Source of the DNA: an uncultured Gemmatimonadales bacterium
Lineage (GTDB): Bacteria > Gemmatimonadota > Gemmatimonadetes > Longimicrobiales > RSA9
Direction of reading: 5' to 3'
DNA length: 64,000 nt
Assembly: GCA_963798845.1 (NCBI GenBank)
Contig: CAWCUS010000005.1
Location: 288,001-352,000 of the forward strand
Shown here piece by piece: positions 29,227 to 38,005 of this stretch (position 1 is its first letter; each line of letters starts with the position of its first letter). The notes beneath the pieces were generated by a model that saw nothing but the letters and a program-made list of their open reading frames with translations, was not told the origin of the DNA and did not search any database. A program made the position numbers and the translations under genes.

Positions 29227-29784
29227 TCACCTGGATGACCCCCGAGAATAGAGGCCGACGAAAGCGGGCTTCCAGGTCTGACCTCCGTCGCTCGAGACTT
29301 CCCAGACCTGACGGACACGACCGTCAGGCAGCGGCGTCCAGGTGAGGCGGTCGAGGACGTCGCCCTGCGGCGTTCGCCTCGGCCCCGTACCGGTGAGCTC
29401 CATGCTCCCATCCTTCATTCCACCCGTCATCCAGAGCGAGGATCCTCCGCCCACCCACCGCTGGGTCCATGCGCCACGATCCGGGTCCCAGGTGTTGAGG
29501 CTCATTCCGGTCCCGCCCCCCGCGCCGTGCCAGCTCTCGAGCAGGGCGCAGCCGTCGGAAACGCTGCGAATCGAGTTGTGTCCGATCACTTCGCCCGCCT
29601 CGTTCCTGACCTCCCACTCGCCGAGCCAGAAGTCGAACTGGTGATAGGTGGCGGGGCGACACCGTTCCGCGACGGACGGCTCGCTCGTCGCCCCGGCTTC
29701 CTGGGCGGCCGCCGCAGTGGCGAGAAGCAGGGCGCTCCCCGCAAGCAACGTCAGGAACGCCGTCCGTGGGATGCGCTGTTCCAT
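29227..29784 (-). CDS. Secreted hypothetical protein (DUF1579-like beta barrel)
   Basis: Signal peptide AAA-Q; C...YHQFDFWLGEW, GCALLESW, W.Q.WV, SSDGGQTW. Confidence 0.75.
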   Translation of the reverse strand: MEQRIPRTAFLTLLAGSALLLATAAAAQEAGATSEPSVAERCRPATYHQFDFWLGEWEVRNEAGEVIGHNSIRSVSDGCALLESWHGAGGGTGMSLNTWDPDRGAWTQRWVGGGSSLWMTGGMKDGSMELTGTGPRRTPQGDVLDRLTWTPLPDGRVRQVWEVSSDGGQTWKPAFVGLYSRGSSR

Positions 29785-29894
29785 GGGGACCTCCGTGGCA
29801 AGGGTTGAGCGGCGCCGCCGCTCGCGACGGCTCCGCTGTTCAACGACCGGGGAGCCCGGGATGGGACAAGGAGGATCGCGGGAGGAAATGGAGA

Positions 29895-29922
29895 GCCCCC
29901 GGCGGCTCCTGCCGCCGGGGGC
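29895..29922 (-). terminator. Probable terminator after susD
   Basis: Perfect 12-bp stem GCCCCCGGCGGC-TCCT-GCCGCCGGGGGC, followed on the minus strand by TCTCCATTT. Confidence 0.7.
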
Positions 29923-29966
29923 ATCCCCGCGTCCGCTCCGGGCGGGACCGGTACTGCGTCCCGGAC

Positions 29967-31403
29967 TCAGGGAGCGGCCGTGTCGCAGCCCGAGGGATCG
30001 TACTGTGGGTTGTTCCGCTCCGCGAACGGCACCGGGAACGCCACGTCGTCGCCGATGGCGGCGTTGAAGATGGTCGTCCCGATGGGGAACAGCTCGTCGG
30101 CGGTGAACATCCCCTGATAGGGTGAGATCGTGAGCAGGCGGCGCAGGTCACCGAGCCGGTGCCCGGTCAGCCACAGCCAGAACGCGCGCTCCCTGTACAG
30201 CATCAGGACGCGGTCCCTGGCGTTGCCCGGATCCGACAGCGCCGGCAGGTCCATCCCGGACCGGAGGCCGTTCAGGACCGCCAGCCAGTTCCCGGCCACA
30301 CTGCTCCCCGCCGTGCCGCCTCCGCTCAGGTTGGCCTCGGCGATGATCAGCTGCGCTTCCACGGCGGTGGCCAGAGGGACGTTGCTGCCGTAACCCGGGT
30401 ACTTGTACTGCGAGTATAGCGGCACCGTGGTTCCTCCCCCCACTCCCGCAGAGTCCACCTGCACGCGCGGGTCGACGACGTTCTCCGGGTCCGGCTGGGG
30501 AGCGCTCACCGAGACGGTGCCCGTCCCGCGGTTGAAGAAGACGAGGCCGTTCACGCCGTCACCGGATGCGGCGGACGAGCGGTGCTCGCCGTTGATGTTG
30601 TAGTAGATCCCGTTGTTCTGGCTGGACGTGTTGGGGCTGAACTCGACCTCGTACGCCCAATCGGCCGGGATCTGCTGGGCCAGCGCCGCTGCGCCGGCCA
30701 GGTCGCCCTGGTCCTGCCTGACGCGGGCCATGCCCAGCCGCGCCAGGTCGACGAAATCCGTGGCGCCCGCGGCCGTGCCCAGGTCCATTGCGGCCTGGAA
30801 CCGAACGGCAGCCGAATCCAGCATCGCCGCCCTGTCGATGGGCGGCTCGTAGGCGATGTCCTGGCCGAGCGGCGCGTGGCTGAACGGGATGTGGCTGCAC
30901 CAGTCCTCGGCGAAGAACACGAACGTGTACCCCGAGAGCGCCTTCATCTGCGCCCGATCCGGGTGGTCCGAGCTCGCGGCCGCGAGCAGCTTCTCGGCCT
31001 CGTCGGCCATGTTCCTGGCCCGGTGGAGGCGATAATAGACGGAGTCCACGGCGCTGTTGGTGTCCTGCATGCTCCGGCCGTCGATCTCCTTCATGGTGTC
31101 GAACGTGCTGGAGTACCACAGCTCGTCGGCCAGCAGGCCGCCGATCCCCACCACGCCCGGCGTCTCGTTGTTCGCCGCGGGGCCGGCAATGGCCCGGGCG
31201 AACTCGAACAGCGCGCCGTTCCTGACGGTCCCGGCGTTGGCCGTGTCCTCCACGGTGGGAAGGGTGATCAGGTCCGGATCCTGGAGGTCCACCAGGTCGT
31301 CCGTGTTGCAGGCCGCTGCTCCCAGGCCCGTTGCGATCATCGCGGCACAGGCCAGGAGCACGCGGGCGCGGATGTCCGCGTCGCCGGAATTCATGGTTCT
31401 CAT
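29967..31403 (-). CDS. susD: SusD/RagB family lipoprotein
   Basis: AAAC lipobox; GLLADEL, EAQLIIAEA, RERAFWLWLTGHRLGDLRR, FPVPFAERNNP; follows SusC. Confidence 0.9.
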   Translation of the reverse strand: MRTMNSGDADIRARVLLACAAMIATGLGAAACNTDDLVDLQDPDLITLPTVEDTANAGTVRNGALFEFARAIAGPAANNETPGVVGIGGLLADELWYSSTFDTMKEIDGRSMQDTNSAVDSVYYRLHRARNMADEAEKLLAAASSDHPDRAQMKALSGYTFVFFAEDWCSHIPFSHAPLGQDIAYEPPIDRAAMLDSAAVRFQAAMDLGTAAGATDFVDLARLGMARVRQDQGDLAGAAALAQQIPADWAYEVEFSPNTSSQNNGIYYNINGEHRSSAASGDGVNGLVFFNRGTGTVSVSAPQPDPENVVDPRVQVDSAGVGGGTTVPLYSQYKYPGYGSNVPLATAVEAQLIIAEANLSGGGTAGSSVAGNWLAVLNGLRSGMDLPALSDPGNARDRVLMLYRERAFWLWLTGHRLGDLRRLLTISPYQGMFTADELFPIGTTIFNAAIGDDVAFPVPFAERNNPQYDPSGCDTAAP

Positions 31404-31412
31404 CTGTGCCTC

Positions 31413-34388
31413 CTAGAAGTTCGCGTCGACGCGGAGCGTGAACACGCGGTTCGGCGGCAGCGGCGAGAGGTCGCGAGACGAGAAGTTCGCCTGGCCGTAG
31501 CTGTTCACCTCGGGATCGAGCCCCGGGTAGCGGGTCCACGTCACCAGGTTCCGCCCGGCCAGCGTCAGGCGCAGGTCGCTCGCCTTGAACGACCGCGTCC
31601 AGCCGTGCGGCAGCATGAACGTCAGCGACAGCTCGCGGAGCTTCAGGAAGTCCGCGTCCTCGATGTAGCCGGCCCAGCTGCCGTACGCGGCCCGAGCCAC
31701 GATGGCCGCCTGCTGCTTCAACGAGCCCGTGTACGCCTCCTGGCAGTTGGCGTAGCTCCGGCACCGGACGTCCTCCGTCTGGTTGAACAGCTTGTAGCCG
31801 CCCTTGTAGTCGAACAGCGCCGACAGGCGGAGCGCCTTCCAGAACGTGAAGTCCGTGCTCAGCGACGCTTCCTTCGTCGGGAACGAGCTGCCCAGGTACG
31901 ACGAGGCCGTGTCGACCACCACCTCATCGGCGGCGATGATGCCGTCTCCGTTCTCATCGCTGAACGAGAGGATCCGCGGCTGCCAGTACCCGCCGAGCGG
32001 GTAGCCTTCCTGGTGGCGCTGCCGCCCCGTGGCGAACTCGATGGGGGGCAGCGGATTCCCCTCCGCATCGGTGCCGAGGTCGAGCAGCTCGTTCGACAGC
32101 CAGCTGCCCGTCAGGTTGAAGTTCCAGTCGAAGTCGTCCGTGCGGACCGCTTCGCCGTTCAGTCCCAGCTCGAGCCCGCTGTTCTTCACCGAGCCCAGGT
32201 TCTCCCACCGATTCGTGCTGCCGCCGGCCGAATGGGCGAGGGGTCTGTTCACCAGCGCGTCCGTGGACTTCTTGTAGTACCACGTGGTCTCGAGCCCGAG
32301 GCGGCCACCGAACCAGCCGCTCTCGAAGCCCAGCTCCCACTCCGAGGTCCGCTCCGGCTTCAGCTCCGGGTTCCCGATCTCGTTGATCGTGATCGCCGGC
32401 ACGTCCGACTGGTTGAACGCCGTGATCTGCGAGCCGAACGACAGCAGCGCGTCCGTTGCGCCGGGCCGAAGACCGGCCTGTCCGTACGCGGCGCGCAGCC
32501 GCAGGTCGCTCACCGCGTCCAGCTTCGGGAAGAAGCCCTCTTCGCTGATCACCCACGAGCCGCTCACCGACGGGTACCAGATCCAGCCGATCCCCGTGCC
32601 GAACGCAGTGTTCTTGTCGCCGCGCAGCGCGCCGTTCAGGAACACGCGGTCGCGCCACGCCAGCTGCTCCTGCGCATACGCGGAGATGGTCCCGTTCAGG
32701 ACGTTGGCTTCGCTTGTCTGGAAGTCGCTCGTGGCGCCGGCCAGCGAGGTCTCGATCCCGGGCGTGAGGCCGGCGCCGAAGGCGTAGACGTTGCGCGACG
32801 TCTCGCGGATGTACTGCGTCCCGCCGGTGGTCGTGGACACCAGCGTCGGCGTGGCGTTCCACACCGCCGAGCCGCTGAAGTTGGTGTTGACGTTGTAGAT
32901 GTCCCAGTCGCCCACCTGGATCCAGCCGTGGGTGTAGGGCGGACCGAAGCTGGCGTAGATGTTGGAGCGCGGGATCCGGCCGCGGTCCTCACGGGTGATC
33001 CGGTCCAGGCCGGCCGAGCCGTTGAAGCTCAGCCACGACAGCGGCGTCCAGTCGGCGCTCGCGCTGCCAATGAAGCGGCTCTGCTTCTGGTACGTCTTCC
33101 AGTCGTAGAAATACTGGATCGGGTACAGGTAGCCCCCGCTGCCTGGGGCGAACAACCCCAGTCCGGTGGCGCCGAAGAGGGCGTTGTCCGAGAGCGGGAA
33201 CTGGGCGTCGTTCTCCACGTACCCCACCGTCCCGCGGACACGGAAGTCCTCGCCCACGTTCCCCGTCAGGTTCGCCTGCAGGTTCCACTGGTTGAAGAAG
33301 TTCTCGGAGTTGTAGACCGACTCCTCGTCGGACTTCTCCGCGGAGACGAAGAACGTCGCGTCCTCGCTCCCGCCCGAGATGCTCGCGCCGTACACCTGCC
33401 GGCTCCCACCGTCGAACACCGTCGTCGAATCGTCCTCCAGCGGGTTTGACGACTGGAAGTCCACGGCGCCGCTGCAGAGCGGGTTGCCGCTCGCGTCGTA
33501 CGTGACCTGGTTGATCAGGGGACAGAGACGGCCCTGCGCGTCCAGGCCCTGGACGTTGTTCGGGAAGTCCGTGCCCAGCCGCAGCGCGGACTGCTCCGTC
33601 CACACGTGGACCGAGGGGGCGCCGGCGCGACCCTTCTTCGTCGTCACCTGGATCACACCGTTCGCCGCCGCCGTTCCGTACAGCGCGGATGCAGCCGGAC
33701 CTTTCAGGATCTCTATGCTCTCGATGTTGTTCGGGTTCAGGTCGTTCAGCGCCGACGGCGCCTGGTCGAAGCCGCCGATCGGCGTCTCGCTCGGGTTGTT
33801 GTCCACCCGCACGCCGTCCACCACCAGCAGCGGCGCGTTGCTCAGCGACATCGAGTTGCTGCCGCGGATCCGGATCCGCGATCCCGACCCCGTCACGCCG
33901 CTGCTCTGCAGCACCGTCGCGCCCGCCGTCCGGCCCTGGATCAGCTGCTCGAACGACGCCACCGGCGCCAGGTCGACCCTGTCCACGTTCACCACGCCGA
34001 CCGAGCTCCCGATCTCCCGCAGCGTCTGCTGCTGCCCCGTCGCCGAAACCACCACGGCGCCCAGCTCGATCGCCGACTCGCCCAGCTGGAAGTCCTGCGT
34101 GACCGTGCCGCCGGCTGTCACCGTCACCGTGTTCGTCTCCGTCGAGTACCCGATCAGCGTGGCCCGCACCTCGTGCGGACCCGCCGGCACCTGGCGGACG
34201 ATGTACTGGCCGTTCTCGTTGGCGAGCGCGCCCAGCGTGGTGCCTGTGACCGTGACCTGGGCACCCGGCAACGGCGCGTTCAATGTACGGTCCACGACGC
34301 GGCCCACGATCGTCCCTGTCTGTGCCACAATCGGCGACGCGCCGGCCAGCGCCAGCAGCGCCACGATCGCCCACTTGTATCTGGACAT
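31413..34388 (-). CDS. susC: SusC/RagA family TonB-dependent outer membrane transporter
   Basis: CarboxypepD-like N-domain; IRIRGSNS, PLLVVDGV, IESIEILKGPAASALYGTAAANGVIQVTTKKG, GNPELKPE, terminal F. Confidence 0.96.
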   Translation of the reverse strand: MSRYKWAIVALLALAGASPIVAQTGTIVGRVVDRTLNAPLPGAQVTVTGTTLGALANENGQYIVRQVPAGPHEVRATLIGYSTETNTVTVTAGGTVTQDFQLGESAIELGAVVVSATGQQQTLREIGSSVGVVNVDRVDLAPVASFEQLIQGRTAGATVLQSSGVTGSGSRIRIRGSNSMSLSNAPLLVVDGVRVDNNPSETPIGGFDQAPSALNDLNPNNIESIEILKGPAASALYGTAAANGVIQVTTKKGRAGAPSVHVWTEQSALRLGTDFPNNVQGLDAQGRLCPLINQVTYDASGNPLCSGAVDFQSSNPLEDDSTTVFDGGSRQVYGASISGGSEDATFFVSAEKSDEESVYNSENFFNQWNLQANLTGNVGEDFRVRGTVGYVENDAQFPLSDNALFGATGLGLFAPGSGGYLYPIQYFYDWKTYQKQSRFIGSASADWTPLSWLSFNGSAGLDRITREDRGRIPRSNIYASFGPPYTHGWIQVGDWDIYNVNTNFSGSAVWNATPTLVSTTTGGTQYIRETSRNVYAFGAGLTPGIETSLAGATSDFQTSEANVLNGTISAYAQEQLAWRDRVFLNGALRGDKNTAFGTGIGWIWYPSVSGSWVISEEGFFPKLDAVSDLRLRAAYGQAGLRPGATDALLSFGSQITAFNQSDVPAITINEIGNPELKPERTSEWELGFESGWFGGRLGLETTWYYKKSTDALVNRPLAHSAGGSTNRWENLGSVKNSGLELGLNGEAVRTDDFDWNFNLTGSWLSNELLDLGTDAEGNPLPPIEFATGRQRHQEGYPLGGYWQPRILSFSDENGDGIIAADEVVVDTASSYLGSSFPTKEASLSTDFTFWKALRLSALFDYKGGYKLFNQTEDVRCRSYANCQEAYTGSLKQQAAIVARAAYGSWAGYIEDADFLKLRELSLTFMLPHGWTRSFKASDLRLTLAGRNLVTWTRYPGLDPEVNSYGQANFSSRDLSPLPPNRVFTLRVDANF

Positions 34389-34929
34389 GTTGTCTCCTGT
34401 CGTCATTTCTTTCGCTCGCCCGGCGCACGCGGCGACGGGCGTAGGCCCGAGCGCAGCCGGCCGCGCACGCTCCCGCGCGGCGGCCGCGATGCTCGCGGGC
34501 CGGGTGCATTTCAGACGAAATAGGCTGGGTCCTGACCTCCTCTCGACGGGGTTGGGCACGGAGACGCCAGAACGGCCTCGACTCGCACGATTGACAGATC
34601 CGTGTGCGATCGGGGCCGGCGCCGCCGGGTTGGCTGGTCTGGACAACGGGATCGTCGCCTGCGATGAGCCTCCTTTCATCGGGGGGGTGAGACGGCCTGC
34701 GCGGGCCGGGCTTCCCGATGAATGGGGGGACGCGGAGCGAGTCTCCACAGGGTCGGGCCGAGACGTCCCGTGTGCGGGCGAGCCGTCCCGAACGGGCGGG
34801 CCACGGGTCGGCGCGCCGACAGTGTCACGAGCCGCGGAGCGTGCGGCCCCACTCGCGATCGGGCCCGCGGTCACCTATTCTGCCGATCGACAACCCCTCC
34901 CCAGAGGCACCACCACCGGAGAATTCGCC

Positions 34930-37900
34930 GTGCCGCGAGCCACCGCGCGTCCTCGCACGCGCCTGCACCGAGCTTCCGTCCTCCTCCTCGCCACCCTCAC
35001 GGCCGGGGCCGTGTGTCGATCGTCCGCCCGCGCGCAGGCTGGCGCCACGCCGGAACTGTCGGCGCGCCCCGCCGCGGGGACAGCCGGGGCGCCGGGCGAC
35101 ACGGCCGCCAGAGTGCTCTCCGTCGAGGACTACGGGCGGTGGCGCACGATCGGCGACCAGGCGATCTCCAGCGACGGGCAATGGGCGACCTGGGTCTACC
35201 GGCACACGAACGTGGCCGGGAAGGACGAGAAGCCGGAGCTCCACATCGTCCAGCTCGCGACGGGCCGGGACACCGCCGTCGCCGATGCGGCGAGCGGGGA
35301 ATTCTCGCCGGACGGGCGATGGCTCGCGTTCAGAGTCGACTCGGTGCCGGCGCACGGCAGCCGTGGAGCCGACTCGACGGGCGGCTCCGACGCAGCCCCG
35401 GTGGCCGGCGGTCGCGGCGGTGCTCGCGGCCCGAAGGTCCACCACCGGATGGTGCTGTGGGAGCTGGCCACGGGCACGACGCGGGCGTGGCACGACATGC
35501 AGTCGGCCACGTTCTCCCGCGACTCCCGGTTCGCACTGCTGCGGGACCGGGCCGCACCCCGCGGGGGGCGCTTCGGCCGCTTCGACGGTTTCGGCGGCTC
35601 CGGCCGTGGCGCCGGCGAAGCGCCAGCCGGCCACGGTTCGGACGCCATCCTCGTGGACCTGACCACAGGGCGGAGCCAGCTGCTGGGCAGCGTGGGGGAT
35701 GCGGCCTTCAACCGCCCCGGCACCCTGCTGGCATACACGGTCAACGCGGACGCGAAAGACGCCAACGGCCTGTTCGTGGTGGATCTCGACAAGGGCGTCA
35801 CGCAGGCGCTCGACAACGACGCGCTCCTCTATGCCCGGCTGGCGTGGAACGAAGCGGGCACCGGGGTCGCAGTGCTGAAGGGCGACGACGTCGCCACGAA
35901 GCTCCATCGGGACAACATCCTCCTGGTGTTCCCCGACGTTCGCGCCGCCATGGCCCGGCCGGCCCTCGCGCCGGCCACGCTTCGTACCACCGCCGCCGGC
36001 TTCCCCGAGGGGTGGGTGATCAGCGACCGGGCGCCGCTGACGTGGAGCGGGGATGGACGGCTCGTCTTCCTGGGAGCCATGCCGCAGGCGCCGGCATCGG
36101 ACACGGCTGCGGTCGAGAGCAGCGACTCCACCGCGAACGTGGACGTGTGGAGCACGACCGACCGCTACATCCAGTCAATGCAGATGGGCCGCGCCGCCAG
36201 GGAGCGGAATTTCTCCTACCGCGAGGCGTTCGACGTGGCCCGCGAGCGCTATGTCGCCCTGAGCGACTCCACGCTGCGGGACCTCGAGGTGTCACCGGAC
36301 GGGCGCTGGGCCGTGGGCACGGACGCGCGGGCGTACATCTCCGACTGGAAGCCGGCGAGCGCCGACTTCTACCGCGTGCGCACGGCCACCGGAGAGCGCA
36401 CGCTCATGCTGCGAAACCAGCTCACCCGGGATGGATCTTTCGGCATCTCCCCGGATGGCAGGACGTTCCTGTACTGGAGCGAGGGAGTCTTCAACGCCTA
36501 CGACCTCGAAAGGGGGACGTCCACCGCGCTCGGTGCCGGCGCGCCCGGCTTCGTGGACACCACGTACGACCACCCGGGCCCGAAGCCCGCGTGGGGCGTC
36601 GCGGGCTACACGGCCGACGGCAGGAGCGTCATCGTCGAGGACCGTTACGACCTCTGGACGCTGCCGCTCGACGGGGGCCCTGCCAGGACGATCACGGGTG
36701 GCTTCGGCGCGAAGAACCAGGTGGTCCTGCGGCTGGTGCGGCCGGAGCCGATCGACTCCCTGGCCAGCCGGACCCTGCGCACGGGCAACGTGTGGGACCT
36801 GTCGGGGCCTCTGACGCTGTCGGCGTTCGGGGAGCGGACGAAGAAGGCCGGGTTCCGTCGCCTGGAGAACGGGCAGGTGAGCCTGCTGGTATACGACGAC
36901 GCGACGTACGGCACGCCCCAGAAAGCCGCGCACGCGGACCGGTACCTCTTCACGCGCGAGACGTTCACGGAGTCGCCCGACCTGCGCGTCTCGGGCCGGG
37001 ACTTCGCGAACGCGAAGCGGATCACTGACTCCAACCCGCAGCAGGCGGAATACCGCTGGGGCCACAGCGAGCTCTTCACCTTCAGCGACCGGTACGGCCA
37101 CGAGCTCCAGGGCATGCTGTGGGTGCCCGACGACTTCAGGGAGGGCGAGAAGCGACCCGCGCTCGTCACCTTCTACGAGAAGAACTCCCAGAACCTGAAC
37201 CGGTACCCCATGCCCGAGCTGCTGGTCAGCATGGGGCGTCCGGCCATCGAAGCGGTGAGCCGCGGCTATGTCGTGGTGATCCCGGACGTCTACTACAACA
37301 CGGGCTCTTCCCACGACGATCAGCTGGACTGCGTGGAAGCGGCCACCCGCAGGGCCATCGACCTGGGCTATGCCGACCCGGACCACATCGGGCTGCACGG
37401 GCACAGCTACGGGGGCGAGGGCGCGGCGTACATAGGAACGCGGTCGAAGCTGTTCGCCGCCGTGGGCGAGGGCGCGGGCGTCACCGACCTGTACACCGAC
37501 TTCAGCCAGGAATGGGGGTGGTCGTACCAGGTGAGCGGCGGCTCCGGCGCGAATGGCAACCAGTACTACATGTACGGCCAGGGCCGCTGGGGGTTCTCGC
37601 CCTGGCAGAAGCCGGACGTCTACCGCGACGAGTCCGCCCTCACGCACGTGCCGGAGGTCAGCCAGCCGATCCTCATCATGCACGGCACGGCCGATCCCAC
37701 GGTCTCGTTCAACGAAAGCCTCAAGTTCTACAACGCGCTGCGCTTCAACGACAAGACCGCGTTCCTCCTCGCCTACCAGGGCGAAGGGCACCACCTGGAC
37801 AAGCTGGGAAACCGGAAGGACTTCACCACCCGCTTCTTCCAGTTCTTCGATCACTACCTCGAGGGCGCGCCCGCACCCGAGTGGATGAACGAGGGCGTGC

Positions 37901-37941
37901 CGTTCCTGAAGAAGGCGGCGGTGGAGGACCGGGGACAGTAG
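34930..37941 (+). CDS. Secreted S9 family (prolyl oligopeptidase/DPP-like) serine peptidase
   Basis: Beta-propeller SxDG repeats; GHSYGG nucleophile, HGTADPTV, EGHHL. Confidence 0.92.
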   Translation: MPRATARPRTRLHRASVLLLATLTAGAVCRSSARAQAGATPELSARPAAGTAGAPGDTAARVLSVEDYGRWRTIGDQAISSDGQWATWVYRHTNVAGKDEKPELHIVQLATGRDTAVADAASGEFSPDGRWLAFRVDSVPAHGSRGADSTGGSDAAPVAGGRGGARGPKVHHRMVLWELATGTTRAWHDMQSATFSRDSRFALLRDRAAPRGGRFGRFDGFGGSGRGAGEAPAGHGSDAILVDLTTGRSQLLGSVGDAAFNRPGTLLAYTVNADAKDANGLFVVDLDKGVTQALDNDALLYARLAWNEAGTGVAVLKGDDVATKLHRDNILLVFPDVRAAMARPALAPATLRTTAAGFPEGWVISDRAPLTWSGDGRLVFLGAMPQAPASDTAAVESSDSTANVDVWSTTDRYIQSMQMGRAARERNFSYREAFDVARERYVALSDSTLRDLEVSPDGRWAVGTDARAYISDWKPASADFYRVRTATGERTLMLRNQLTRDGSFGISPDGRTFLYWSEGVFNAYDLERGTSTALGAGAPGFVDTTYDHPGPKPAWGVAGYTADGRSVIVEDRYDLWTLPLDGGPARTITGGFGAKNQVVLRLVRPEPIDSLASRTLRTGNVWDLSGPLTLSAFGERTKKAGFRRLENGQVSLLVYDDATYGTPQKAAHADRYLFTRETFTESPDLRVSGRDFANAKRITDSNPQQAEYRWGHSELFTFSDRYGHELQGMLWVPDDFREGEKRPALVTFYEKNSQNLNRYPMPELLVSMGRPAIEAVSRGYVVVIPDVYYNTGSSHDDQLDCVEAATRRAIDLGYADPDHIGLHGHSYGGEGAAYIGTRSKLFAAVGEGAGVTDLYTDFSQEWGWSYQVSGGSGANGNQYYMYGQGRWGFSPWQKPDVYRDESALTHVPEVSQPILIMHGTADPTVSFNESLKFYNALRFNDKTAFLLAYQGEGHHLDKLGNRKDFTTRFFQFFDHYLEGAPAPEWMNEGVPFLKKAAVEDRGQ

Positions 37942-38005
37942 CTTTCCCGGAGTGGATCGCCGGGAGGAGAGTGCCCCTTTCGCCCCGCTCGCGGAAGCCA
38001 AGGCC

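Noticed and set aside
33379..34929. N-terminal 517 aa of the 1520-aa ORF, suggesting a giant S9 peptidase fusion
   Set aside because: It is the antisense shadow of susC plus intergenic DNA; the real start is GTG 34930 with a signal peptide
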